DNA from: Felis catus
Taxonomy: Eukaryota
Reading direction: 5' to 3'
NCBI RefSeq assembly: GCF_018350175.1
Contig: NC_058368.1
Location: forward strand, 91,080,001-91,144,000
Length of the DNA stretch: 64,000 nucleotides
In this document: positions 13,030-25,825 of the stretch, in pieces
Layout of the letters: every line of letters starts with the position of its first letter
How positions within the stretch are numbered: the stretch's first letter is position 1
The notes under the pieces: model-generated
Databases searched by the model: none
Told to the model about the DNA's origin: nothing
Seen by the model: only the letters and a program-made list of their open reading frames with translations
Made by a program: the position numbers and the translations under genes

Positions 13030-13825
13030 TGATACAGCTGCAGACAGTTGGAGCCCAGCCAGGAAGAAAACAGCTGTGCAGGGAGAGACACTGCCCTCTA
13101 TAGAGGCTAGACCGCGGTGGCCGGCTTCTTGGGCGGGAAGGAAAGGAAAGGAAAGGACACACCGGGCAGGAGGACGAGCCTGTGTGAAAGGACCGGGTTT
13201 TGGAGCAGTCTGTTGGGGGATGGCCAGGAGCCCAGGGTGGCGGGGCTGTGCGATGGAGGCAGCAGTGAAGAGACATGAGGCTGGTGGGTAAGTTGAGGCA
13301 AGGGGAAGAAAGCCCAGACAGGTTTGGGTGAGGATGGGAACATATTGTGCAGGAAATGTGGTGAGGCTGCCGCCAAGTCTCTTGGATTTGTTCTATCGGG
13401 TTTTAGAAATCGGTCCCCTCAGTTTCAATTTTGTCATAGTCAACGGCCTAGAGATGACTGCAGGGCCGACCTCCGCCACAGGATCTCATTGGGGTTACCA
13501 GTGGGATGTCAGAGATTAACCTGATGCAGTCCCATTCTTTCACAGGAATCACTCCCCAGGCCTCATTTCTGTCTGGGACTCTAAGAGATACAGAAAACCC
13601 CAGGGGCCTGCCTGGAGGCAGGGAGCACCGCTCACAGCTTGTGTGGCCGCGCTCTGCTGCAGCGCTGCTGACATCAGGACCACACGCACTTTCCGCGTGA
13701 GCTCGCTTGCCTCTGTGCTGTCTCTGGGCTCTTTCAAACGCCTCCTCCTGCTTCCCCTGGGGGGAACGAGGCCCCCCCACCTTATCCTGTCCTTTGGTTA
13801 TGTGCTTCCCGCTTTTCTCTTTCAG

Positions 13826-14283
13826 AGGCCCGCTGCCAAGGCGACAAGTCAATGTTCTGTAGGATGGAAGTCTTGTCGCGCTATTGCTCCATCCCAGGCT
13901 ACAACAGGCTGTGCTGCAGATCCTGTAACCTGCACGACAACCTCACCGATGTGGATGACAGGGCGGAGCTGCCACCTGGGAAGAACAACGACATTGAAGA
14001 CCTCGTGCCCACCCTCCCGGTGCCCACCCTCGTCATGGAGGTGCGGCCTCCGCCGGGCACACCCTTGCAGGTGCCCCTCAACACCTCCAGCGCCAACGGC
14101 ACTGAGGATCACCCAGACACCAACGCAGTTGACGTGCCCTACAAAATCAACGGCCTGGATGAGGAAGGCCAGCCACCCAACCTGATCCCTCGACGACCGA
14201 GCCCGTATGAAAAGACCAGAAACCAGAGAATCCAAGAGCTCATCGATGAGATGAGGAAGAAAGAGATGCTCGGGAAGTTCTAA
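13826..14283 (+). CDS. ADAMTS2: ADAMTS2 terminal coding exon (PLAC domain and C-terminal tail)
   Basis: ctctttcag|AGGCC acceptor. Encodes (K)[33 protein letters not shown]...[30 protein letters not shown], the characteristic ADAMTS2 C-terminus. TAA at 14281-14283. Confidence 0.97.
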
Positions 14284-17200
14284 TAAAATGGAAAGATAGC
14301 ATCAATAGCATTTTTTTTCTTGCTTATAGATTATATTCCATGGGATGGCAGATCGTGGAGAGGAAGTGAAAATGTCTGATTCCAACAGGTTTTAAGAAAA
14401 CAAAGAGGAGAATGACATAAACATCTATACATGTGGTTGTGAGCGCGGGGCAGCTAGGTTCACGCATGTGTTTGTGTCCCAGCTCTGGAATGTTCTAAGT
14501 CCTGTCCTGGGGTTGGGTGTGGAGCGGGGAGAGGAAACACGTGCCCCAAGTTTCTGAGCAGTGATTGGGAATCTTCCTGTCCTTGGTGGTGACAGCCCTT
14601 CTGGAGAACATTCTGGAGAAATGTTCTGCAGGAACATTTCCTACCAATCCCCAGACCGAGGCACAAGCCCCATGGGGAACTCTTATTAGGAGAAACAGTG
14701 ATTTGTTTACTAATTGACCAGTCACTGAGATGAGCACAATGAAGTGGAGGCCGTGAACTTGAAAGTTCGTGACGTCAAGGGCCGGGCAGGTGTCGAGGAT
14801 GAGTGTGGCAGCCCATGGGGAACTGTGACCAACCTGAGAGCTGCACCCCACTAGTGCTGCTTTTGGGTTCCAGCCACTGCTGCCTCTGTGACCGCAGGCT
14901 CCTGGGGCCAGATAGGGTGCTTTCAGTAGAAGTCTAGATTTGCATGCGAAATCCTCAATCCTAAAAGTTCAACCCAAAATATTTCCGGGGGGCGGGGGAC
15001 TTCTGGAAGGTCTTTTAGGGTCTAGAGCCACCAGGCTGCAGCCTCTGGTCTCCAGGCTCGGCCAGACGCAGTCTCTCGAAGTAACGACTTAAGGAAGGAA
15101 AGCCATCTGGCCCGACTGGCGCTCAGGCACTGTGTCTGACTCAGCCCACCCTGAGCTGCGAAGCTGTCTGCTTCTTCCCCAGAAGGTACGGAGAATCCTG
15201 TAACTAACTGGACTTGATCTGAACAGTGGGCTGCCTTTCCTACAGGAGGAGAAGACCGCAGGGTGCACTCTCCGGCTCTCCCAGGCCTCTTTCCTATCGG
15301 CTCACCCGGCCTGCGTGCTGCCTCTTGGCCAGACTGGCCTTGGCCCCGGGGCTCCCCAGGGGAGGCTCTCCCTCCCCAAGTGCGTTGGAAGAATGAGGAG
15401 GGCATGCGCTCTGCTGGATAGTCCAGCAACTTTCCCAGAGGGGAGAGAAGGGGAGTGGCTGTGCTCTGGGTTCTGAGATGGTGCTCTGCCTGCTCAGGTT
15501 TGCTCCTAAAGACGAAGGCCAGCTTCTATTGCCTGCAGGGATGGGGCGGGGGGGGGGGGGGGGGGAGGTGGCCTTGCTCTGTCTCGCCCTGCTCCATTCC
15601 TTGGCAGTTCCAGCAGTGAACTGTAAGATTTGGCCTCCCATGAGAAGCACGGGGTGGGGGGTGGGGAGAGCCTGCTTTATCTTGTGCTGCTCCTAAGCTT
15701 TGACAACTTCTCTTTTCAGCATAACGGTGCTTTGTGAGCAAGATGTGAATTGAGAGAAGCAGGAAGGGAGGGGGAAGGTGGACGGGAGGATGGCGACTAA
15801 TTTTTACCTCTCCCTGCATTGATATTTTGTGAACATGTGGCTTGCTTAAACTTCCCCAAATTATGAGACCCAGGGGGCACTTCAGCTGCTTAGCTGGGCC
15901 AAGCCTGACACATGATTCTGAAGCTTTTTATGTCTAGGAAGGTTCTAGAGCCTTTGTATTCTCACCAGTCATAGATTTTAGAGAGCTCTTTTCTGTTTCG
16001 TTCCCCATTTTATGGATGAGAACACTGAGGTTCAGGAGAATACCATGATGGCTACTTATACTGAGTCTGAGGTGCTAGGTATGTTTGATTCTGTGCACGC
16101 GTGCGGGTGTCTGTCTGTGTGTGATCTAGGGCCAAAGTGAGGGTGTAGGAACCAGTGAGAGCGATATTTGGGATGATGCCTATCTTCTGACTGGCAGTAA
16201 CTAGCCTCCCCAACCCCCGCCTGTGCCAGCCGCCTCCCTCCTCTCTGCCATCTTGTCCCACACATACTCCTGCATGTGCTGGTGTCTCAGAGGAGCTTGC
16301 TGGCTTCTAAGAAGCAAACTGGAGAAAACATTCTTGGAGATCTCTCACGGTATCACCTCTTTGACATATGTGGTGTAACGTACTTTTGCAATCCTGTCTC
16401 TCTATAATCAGGAAAGGGGTGTCTCAGTTTTCTCTCACTGGTTGACCCCTGGCAGCTGGTGCTATTACTCACAGGCTGAAGGACTGGGTAGCTCTTGCTT
16501 GGGTCTGTCCTGGGATACAGAGGAAATTCAGGGTGACTGACCCTCACCAGAGAGTATCACTCAGTTTACCCAGCCTGGGGGCCTCAGGATGGGAACAGTC
16601 CATTCCCAGATCCCAACAAAGCAGGGCTGCATGTCTCGGGGACTGGAAGCCTTTGGGGAGAGGCCCCAGGTGGGACACCCCCAGGGTACCTGTCTTCTTC
16701 TGGAAGGAGGGACATGCCCCCCTGGGAACTGTAGGCCGGCATGGCCACCACCCCATGTGATACTCAGTACCTGGGGTCATATACCCACAGGGCTCTCTAG
16801 AACTAGACAGTCCTCAGGGGTCTCTCTGTCTAAGGAACACAAGGTTTACCAGACTTCGAGAAACTCATCTCCACTGAGCTTGGGACCAGTCGGAGAGCCA
16901 GCTTAGCCACAGTCCCATGACCTTTCAGAGCCAGCATCCATGTTGGGGGGCTCCCGCAGCCTGCAGGCCAAGAAGATTTCCTAGCTGGCATTCTGGAACA
17001 GCACGCTGAGAACTCAGAGGTCCCCTCTGACTGCGGCTCCAGAAAACTACGTTTGTGGGGAGACAACCTGCTGGGGTTTGGGGACTTGGCTCTCTGATCT
17101 ACTCCTTTTGGAAAACCCATGGAATTTCCTGTATAAGCCTTTTGTTTGTATTTTAAGGTTGTTTGTTTGGAGTCTATACATGGTGCTCAGCAGCAGTCTC

Positions 17201-17385
17201 TATCAGGTGAAGCATGATGACTATGTAGCCAGGCAGCCGCCACACGAAAAATCATCATGGTGCTGAACTCAAATCACAGCATTTTATCTTATCCATCACA
17301 GCAATCAACGTATTTGTTTTCTGTATAGAAAAGTTTGGCTTCTTGATTTTATAACTTATTAAAGTTGAAATGTCTGTGTATTTTG
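14284..17385 (+). other. ADAMTS2: ADAMTS2 long 3'UTR (approximate end)
   Basis: Follows the stop codon and is nearly repeat-free. Ends in a U-rich block with ATTAAA at 17358 followed by GU-rich sequence. Confidence 0.65.
17358..17363 (+). terminator. Probable distal polyadenylation signal of ADAMTS2 (ATTAAA)
   Basis: ATTAAA with upstream TGTA/U-rich elements and downstream tgtctgtgtattttg. Confidence 0.6.
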
Positions 17386-17722
17386 CACACCATGCCTGCG
17401 TTTGTTTGTTACCTTGACTACACTACCCATGTCTTCAGCCTACACTTGGGTGGGGGGAGGGATGTGCTGCCCTCACAAGGGGGGGATGGGGCCACCAGGA
17501 GGCCCCGAACCTACTGGCTAGGCCAACTGCTCAAGTCGGGACCCTGTGCCTGGCAAGGGGCCCCCAGAAGGACAGGTCTCTGCTCCCAGATCCCCAGGGA
17601 GTTGGCTGTCCAGGAGACACCACTTAGCGGGTTGCTTCCAAGCAAACCTTTAGTTCCAGGAGAAGATGAAAAATCTCCTGACTCCTCCTCCTCCCTGATT
17701 CCGACCCCTTCTCTCCTATAAT

Positions 17723-17890
17723 TAGGGTTTCCAGAAACAACACTAGATGCTGAGTTACATTCAAATTTCAGAGAAACAAATCACATTTTAGTATAAAATT
17801 GGGACACACTTGAAAAATTATTTGTGGTTTCTCTGAAGTTCAAATTTATCTGGGAGTCCTATGTGTTCGTTTGCTAAATGTGGTAATCGC
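17723..17890. mobile_element. MER53-like palindromic hAT MITE
   Basis: tagggtttccaga...ttcaaatttcagagaaac ... gtttctctgaagttcaaattt...gctaaatgtggtaa. The arms are reverse-complementary. Confidence 0.75.
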
Positions 17891-18949
17891 CCCCCCCCCA
17901 ATCAATATTCCACTTTTAAAGACAAGCCCATTCTGGCTGGCCCTTGGATAGTATCAGGTGTCGGGAGGAGGGAGTTGAAGGAAGGAAGAGATTTCTTTTA
18001 ACACCCCCAGCCACAGAGGAGGCAGACAGGTCGTGTGGGCAGTGCTGGGGAGAGGGGCCAATCTTACCAGTTTGCACTGAGGTTGGAGGTGGCTTTGGAG
18101 TACACAGGATTTCTCATCTTGTTCTTCATTGTAACCTGTTTTGACTCCATTATTACAGTGCAGTTAGTCCTTTACAATGGGGGGAGAGGGACATGGGATG
18201 GGTGTGAGTGTGTGTATTAGGAGAGAGGGCAAAGCAGAGTTGGGGGAGCAGAACTGGCTGAAACTAGGTATTTGCAAAGGTGTTTCCGTAACTGGGTGAC
18301 CAGGCGAAGTCATTTCAGACAGGCCTAGGTTATAGAGGGAATGGTAGGCAAGGATGCTCTGTGCTTTCTGAAGAATGTTGATAAATGGTTAGGAGGAGCA
18401 AGGTGACATTACAGGTATTGGCCACCACTCTCTCCTCTACACACCATGTAAGTCCCTGACCCCCAGGCACAGAGCAGGCACGCATGGTCATACTCATGGC
18501 TGATGCCCTACTGAGCGCATCCTTAGCCCAGGGGAACATAGTTGTCCCCCATTTAGAGGCCATGTGGCCAGTCTCTCTGAACTTCATGACCCCACACTGT
18601 TTCTTCACTGCGCTGAGTTTAGATGCTCCTATGCCATACTCCCACTGCTTTATACCCAAAAATTCATATGCCCACCCCCAATCATGCATATGTGTTGGAG
18701 GGGCCTTTCTTGCACCCTCCACGCTGCTACATAGAAGCTTTTACATCCACTCGTGGCAGGTGGAGACTGGACAGACAGATGCCAGGAAGTGTTTGCCTTT
18801 CAGAATGAGACTTCCACATTGTTCTCTTTGAGGGCTCCCCCAGGGACGAACCTCAAATACACGTAAAAGACACACGAATACACCACCTCAGTGAACCAAA
18901 ACAACTAGTACCTTGGTTCAACTAAGGTTCTTCTAGTTTAGATCTAGTT

Positions 18950-21070
18950 TAGATCTTCTAGCTTAGATCACTGACTTTCAGCCTTTCTTTTTTTAAATTC
19001 TACATATTTATGGCTGTAAATTTCCCTGTAAGCACAGCATTAGCTATACCCCCACGTTTTAATATTTCATACATTTATTATCATTCTATCCCAAATATTT
19101 TCTAACTTCCATTGTGACTCCTTCTTTGACCTAAGAGTTATTTTAAATCCTGCTGCTTAATTTCCAAACATTAGGGGTTATCTAGTTATGGACTATTATA
19201 GATTTTTAGCTCTTTTATGGTAGTCAGAAAATATTTTCTGAAAGATTTCAGCCCTTTGAAATTTGTTGAAGCTCATTTTATGACTCATGATGTGGTTTTT
19301 CTAAGCATTATCCATGTACTTGAAAAGAATTTGTAACTGGAGGTTGTTGGATATAGTATCCCATCTATGTCCATTAGGTCAAATTTGTTAATTTGTTGTT
19401 CAAATATTTTCTCTCCATTGTGTTGTCTTCTTGTTCTATTGTTGTGATAGAAAGTTGTTTTAATACCTCCCACCAGTTGTGGCTTTTTCTATTTCTCCTT
19501 GCAGCTTAATCAATTTTTATCCTTCTTTAAAAAAATAAGCCAGGGGTGGTTGGGTGGCTCAGTCGGTTAAGCGTCCGACTTCAGCTCAGGTCATGATCTC
19601 TCAGCTCATGAGTTCGAGCCCCACATTGGGCTCTGTGCTGACAGCTTGGAGCCTGGAGCCTGCTTCAGATTCTGTGTTTCCCTCTTTCTACCCTTCCACA
19701 GCTCATGCTCTGTCTCTCTCCCTATCAAAAATAAACATTAAAAATTAAATAAATAAGCCAGGAGCACCTGGGTGGTTCAGTCAGTTAAGCGTCTGACTTC
19801 AGCTCCGGTCATGATCTCATGGTTTGTGGGTTCGAGCCCCGCGTCAGGCTCTGTGTTGACATCTGGGAGCCTAGAGCCTGCTTCAGATTCTGTGTCTCCC
19901 TCTCACTCTCTACCCTTCCCCACTCATGCTCACTCTCTCAAAAATTAACATTAAAAAAAATTTTTTTTAAATAAGCCATTTTACCATTTTGAGGCCACAT
20001 CAATGGAAGCATACAAATTTCTAATTGAATTTCTTCTTGGTAACATTTTACTTTCTCTTTAGGAATTGACAGATGTTATTTCTAGCATTAATTGCTGTCT
20101 TGATACTTCCCTCCCAATGATCATGTAGCTCTGTCAACTTTCTTTGTGTTAGTGGTTACACAAAATAACTTCTTTCATTCTTCTGCTTCCTGCAATGCAT
20201 CCCCATGCACCCAGTCAGTGACAACTTGCCCAAGGCCCCAGTGACTGCAGAGACTGAGGGCTGCATCTGGGGAGTCATCTGTCACAGAGCAAGGATTCAA
20301 ATCCAGCTAGAAGCAGGCCCAGGAGCAAACACTGACAAACCCAGTCACCAGTCCAGAGGAAAGATGCAGCCTTGGAACCGGAATGGTGGCCGTGGGTTAC
20401 AGGTGGGTCAGTCGCACAGAAATGCTGAGACATGCACAGGTCTGACCACTGAGTTTAGGAGGAACAGAGCTCCACCTCTGTGGGCATCACACAGGCCCCA
20501 CAGGCCCCAGAGAACCACTGCCTCGCTCCTGAGAGCTCAAGGTCATCCAGTAACCCGGAAGCAGTCCTCTCCCTCCTGTTTCTCAACAGGAAAGCTTAGG
20601 TTATTGACTTGAGATCCTCCTTGTTTTCTAGAATACAAGCCTTTATGTTTTCCCTCATGTGCTGTTTGTTTTAGCTGCATTCCATAAATTAGCTGATATG
20701 TTGTATTTTCATTTGCATTCGGTTCACCTGAATATTTTCTCATTTCATCTATAATTTCTTCTTTGGCTCATGGGTTAATTTAAAAGTGGTTTTTTTTTTT
20801 TAATTTTCCATATATTTGGGTAGCTCCCAATTTTTTCTTCTGTTGTTGATTTTTCTAATTTAATTTTATTGTGGTCAAAAAAAACCCCCATACTTTGCAT
20901 TATTTCAATTCTTTTAAATGTTTTGAGACATTTTTTGTGGCCTTGTACGTGGTCTACTCATGGTCCACACGTGTTAGATAATGGTGTATATTCTGCTGTT
21001 GCTGAGTGGGGTGTTGTGCAGATACCCATTAGGTGGACGTCGTGGGTAGTGTTGTGTAAGTCTTCTAGAG
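18950..21070 (-). mobile_element. Old L1 ORF2 (endonuclease-region) fragments, antisense, interrupted by SINEs and other sequence
   Basis: Minus-strand translations ...QQINKFDLMDIDGILYPTTSSYKFFSSTW (19285-19473) and ...NENTTYQL... (20543-20743) are L1 ORF2-like. Confidence 0.7.
19543..19968 (+). mobile_element. Two head-to-tail CAN-SINEs sharing one target site
   Basis: AAATAAGCCA occurs before, between and after the two SINEs. Confidence 0.92.
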
Positions 21071-21944
21071 GCTATGGTTCACCTCTCTGAACTCTAATCC
21101 TCCTCTCACTGGAGCCTGTGGCTTTCTAAATATCCTCTTAGGTGTTCGATGCATTCAAGAGTTTTGTTTCCTTTGCTCAGTCTGTTTAGTTACTTTCAGC
21201 AGGATGTTTGGCTTGAATTATTGAATGTGACAATTCTGGGATCCCATTTATCAACATTTAATTCAGAGTTGTCTATTGCTATCTGTTGGAATTTGACTAG
21301 GTATTATTTCTAGTAACATGTGGAAAATGTTTCACAAAGGTTTGAGTGGTAGGAGGGAATTCAAAGCCTTTAAATACCTGGCAAAGTGCTCAAATGTAAC
21401 AGCTCCTTCCCTGTTTGAAACTACAATTTAAATTGTTTATATATATATATAAATATGTGTATATTTATATACATATATACATATATACATATACAATATA
21501 CATATATATAGATACAAAGTTGGCATATTTACAACCTTTATAATATGCAGGGCTATATTTCTATGTAGATGGTTAGCTCTCGACTTTTAGGCAAAAACCA
21601 CTACTGGGTAGAGAAGGATCATGATATAAAGATATGAAAGTTCAATTCATCAGGTTAACATATCAGAAGTTGTCAAAACTTCAAGGAGAAATTGACAAAG
21701 CCTCCACCCTGGAGAGGTGTGTATGTATGTATATCTGAATACAGTTGGTCACTTTTGCTTTGCTAAAGACACTTGAAAAATAAAAAGTGAAGCCACATAC
21801 CTGGGGAAGATATTTGCAAATCACTTATTTGGTAAGATGGTTATAGGCTGTACACAAACTCTTGAGTCTCAGCTTTAAACAAAGAAACGCCCCAAATGGG
21901 CAGAGATTTGCACTAAACCAAATCTTCACTAAAGAAGATGAATG

Positions 21945-22159
21945 GGGGCGCCTGGGTGGCTCAGTTGGTTAAGCGTCCGACTTCGGTTCAGGTCATGATC
22001 TCACAGTCCGTGAGTTCGAGCCCCGCGTTGGGCTCTGTGCTGACAGCTCAGAGCCTGGAGCCTGCTTCGGACTCTGTGTCTCCTTCTCCCTCTGCCCCTC
22101 CCCCGTTCATGCTCTGTCTCTCTCTGTCTCAAAAATAAATAAACGTTAAAAAAAAAAAC
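21945..22159 (+). mobile_element. CAN-SINE (felid type)
   Basis: ggggcgcctgggtggctcagttggttaagcgtccgacttcgg...aaaataaataaacgttaaaa. Confidence 0.95.
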
Positions 22160-22484
22160 ATGCACACTGAGACGACATTGCCAACCTGTTAGTGTGGCTA
22201 AAATGAAAACAGATTAGCAAAACCAACCAACCAGCCCCAGCAGTGCCTGCGGGTGAGGGTGTGGCAGAAGGGAGCCTGCGAACACAGCAGCTGGTGATGC
22301 CACATGGAACCATCAGGTCACCGCACAGTTTGGCAGCCTCCTCTGAAATTAAGCATTCACTTCCCACATGACCTAGCCATTCTGTTCCTGGGGATTTAAC
22401 CTATAAAATAATATATACACATATACACACATAAATGGAACAGAAAATCTAAGACAAAAGATGTAATAGATGCATAATGGGGAT

Positions 22485-22660
22485 AAAAGAAAGAAAAGAA
22501 AAGAAAAGAAAAGAAAAGAAGGGAGGGAAAGAGAGAAGGAAAGAAAGAAAAGAAAGAAAAGAGAAAGGAGGAAGAGAAGGGAAGGGAAGGGGGAAGGAAG
22601 AAAGGAAGGAAGGAAGGAAGGAAGGAAGGAAGGAAGGAAGGAAGGAAGGAAGGAAGGAAG
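22485..22660. repeat. Compound (AAAAG)n/(AAAG)n/(AAGG)n purine microsatellite
   Basis: Direct observation. Confidence 0.95.
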
Positions 22661-23204
22661 ACTTGAAGCAAGAATGGCTGAGAACTTTCCAAAATCAAGT
22701 GACAGACACTAAATCACAGATCAAGGAGGTTCAGAGAATACTAGGATCAATACCCCAAAATCTAACACCTGGGCATATCGTGTTTGAACTGCAGAAACCC
22801 AACAGAAAAGAGAAAAATCTTGAAACCTGCCAGAGCGAGAAACTCCTTACTTACAAGAGGAAAAACAAAATTTACATCAGACATCTCACAACAAACCATG
22901 AAAATAAGAAGAGTGGAGTGAAATAAAGTGTTGAGTGATTAAAAAACCCCACCAACCTAGAATTCTCTATTCAGTAAAATTATCTTTTAAAAATGAAGGA
23001 TGAATACAGACTTTTGCAAACAAAAATTGGAGGACTCTGTCACCAGAAGACCTGCCTTGCACAAAATGTTAAAAAGAAGTTCTTCAGAGAGAAGGAAAAT
23101 TATAAAGTTCAGAAATTCAGATCGTTATAACAAAAAGGAGAATGGCAGAGAATGAATAAAACCTTGTGTTCTTATTCTTTTTTTTAAAGTGCTTATTTAT
23201 TTAT

Positions 23205-23244
<40 letters not shown>

Positions 23245-25025
23245 GGAGAGGGAATCCCAAGCAGGCTCCGCACTGTCAGTGCAGAGCCCGACACAGGACT
23301 CGATCTTATGACCATGAGATCACGATCTGAGCCAAAATCAAGAGTCAGACACTTAACTGACTGAGCCACCCAGGTGCCTGTGTTCTTCTTATTCTTACTT
23401 GATCTGATAGATAACAGTGTGTCCAAAGTAGTAAGAGCAGCAGTGTGTTGAGACATTATAGCAAATAGACAAGTGAATTAAGGGGCAGCAAAGTCATAAG
23501 GGATGGGAAAGCAGGACTGAGAACAGTGTTTTAAGGTTCCCGCACTGCATGTGAAGCAGTGGAGCGTTGTTTGAAAGTGGACATACGTTAGTTGTAAACG
23601 TATATTGCAAACTCTAGGGCAGCCGCTAAAATGCTTTTGAAAAGAAGTATAAGTGATATGCTAAGAGAGGAGAAAAAGTGGAAATCTCATAAAATGTTCA
23701 GTTAAAATCAGAGAAGGCAGAAAACGAAAGGGAAGATGAAATAAGAAATAAAGAGTACATGCTATGAATAGCAAATAGTCACAAACATGGCCGATATTAA
23801 CTCAGTTACACCCATAATCACCTTCCACGGGAATAGCCTAAATACACCAATTAAAAAAAAAAAAAGACTGTCAGAGTGAATAAAAAACAAGATCCAACTA
23901 TACATTGTCTATGAGAAACCCACTTTAATTATAAACATAGAGATAAATTAAAAATAAAAGGATGGACAAAGATATACCATGCTGACATTAATCAAAAGAA
24001 AGCTGGAGTAGCCATATTAATTTCAGACAAAGCAGACTTCAGAACAAAGAAAATCATTAGGAATACACAAGGGCATTCCATAATGATTCCCAAGAAAACA
24101 TCACAATCCTTAGTGTAGATGCGCCTAACATAGTATTAAAATACGTGAGGCCAAAACTGATAGAATGAAAAGACAAATGGACAAATCCAGATATAGCTGG
24201 AGACTTCAATAGCTCTCCATCAGTAACTCATAGATTCAGGCAGAAATTCAGTGAGGATATAGTTGAACTCAACAGCAACATCAACCAACTGAATCTAGTT
24301 GACATTATAAAATACTTCATGCAAAAACAGCAGGGGTGCCTGGGTGGCTTAATTGGTTGAGTGTGCAACTCTTGATTTCTGCTCAGGTCATGATCCTGGG
24401 GTCGTGGGATCAAGCCCTGCTCAGTGTGGAGCCTTCTTAAGATTCTGTCTCCCTCCCTCTGCCACTCTCCCCCACTCACACACTCTCTAAAAACACCAGA
24501 AAAACAAAAAAACAATACACACTCTTCTCCAGCCCACACAAAATTCACCAAGACAGACCACACATCCTGAGCTGCAAAACATACCTTAACAGGAGTGCCT
24601 GGGTGGCTCAGTCGGTTAAGTGTAAAACTTTGGCTAAGGTAATGGTCTCATGGTTTGTGGGTTCAAGGCCCGCTTCAGGCTCTGTGCTGACAGCTCAGAG
24701 CCTGGAGCCTGCTTCGGATTCTATCTCCCTCTCTTTCTGCCCCTCCCACACTCACGCTCTGTCTCTCTCCCTCTCAAAAATAAAAATAAACATTAAAAAA
24801 TATTTAAAATTTTACCTAAGGAAACTAGAGAAAGAAGAACTAATATACACTTATATTGCAGAAGAAATCAAAAGAAAAAATAAATAATAAAAACTGGAAC
24901 AGAAGCCAGTAACATTGAAAGCAGAAAATCAACTAAAATTAACAAAGTCAAAAAATTAATAAAATTGATAACCCTGCAGCCAAGCTAAGCCAGAAAAAAA
25001 AGAGAAGATCAATATTCCTGCTCTC
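22660..25025 (+). mobile_element. Old L1 ORF1 C-terminus plus ORF2 endonuclease remnants, with three inserted SINEs (~23180-23379 -, ~24333-24510 +, ~24592-24805 +)
   Basis: MAENFPK and TPGHIVFELQK (ORF1-like). aaagaaagctggagtagccatattaatttcagacaaagcagacttc (ORF2 endonuclease-like). Confidence 0.8.
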
Positions 25026-25228
25026 AGGGAAATAATGGAGGGAAAATTTGAAGATACAAATGAGTATTTCATCACACCATAATTTCTTCACAAAAACTAA
25101 ACTATGAAAATGAGGGTATAGCCAAAGTAAGTTTTTGAGTGGATCATTTGTTAGCTAAGCAAGGAGAGCTGTTTACTGATGGTAAGTTAATTAAATGTTT
25201 GATTGCAGCAGCCAAAGAAATATCCAGA

Positions 25229-25825
25229 AAATTTCAATGGGGAAAAACTGAGAGCTTTACCCCCAAGGTCAGGAACATGACATGGATGTCCACTCTCGCC
25301 ACTGTCATTCAACATAGTGTCAGAAATCCTAGCCTCAGCAATCAGACAACACAAAGAAATAAAAGGCATCCAAATCAGCAAGGAGGCAGTCAAACTCACT
25401 ATCACTCTTTACAGATGACATGATACTCTTTGTGGAAAACCCAAAAGACTCCACCAAAAAACTGCTAAAACTGATCCATGAATTCAGCAAAGTCACAGGA
25501 TATAAACTCGATGCACAGAAATCAGTTGCATTTCTATACACCAATAATGAAGCATCAGAAAGAGAAATCAAGGAATCAATCCCATTTACAATTGCACCAA
25601 AAACCATAAAATACCTACGAATAAACCTAACCAAAGAGGTGAAAAATCTATACGCTGAAAACTAGAAAGCTTATGAAAAAAAAAAAAAACAGAAGAAGAC
25701 GCAAAAAAAAAAAATGGAAAAACATTCCATGCTCATGGACTGGAAAAACAAATATTGTTAAAATGTCGATGCTACCCAAAGCAATCTATATATTCAGTGC
25801 AATCCCTATCAAAATGAAAGACACC
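25229..25825 (+). mobile_element. Carnivore L1 internal ORF2 (RT) fragment without 3'UTR or polyA
   Basis: [31 protein letters not shown]... Flanked by AGAAATATCCAGA direct repeats. Confidence 0.9.

Noticed and set aside
21945..22025. tRNA-like sequence with A and B boxes
   Set aside because: It is the tRNA-derived head of a CAN-SINE, continuing into the (CT)n body and A tail; not a tRNA gene.
22470..22926. K/E/R/G-rich ORFs
   Set aside because: Translation of the purine microsatellite running into decayed L1 ORF1.
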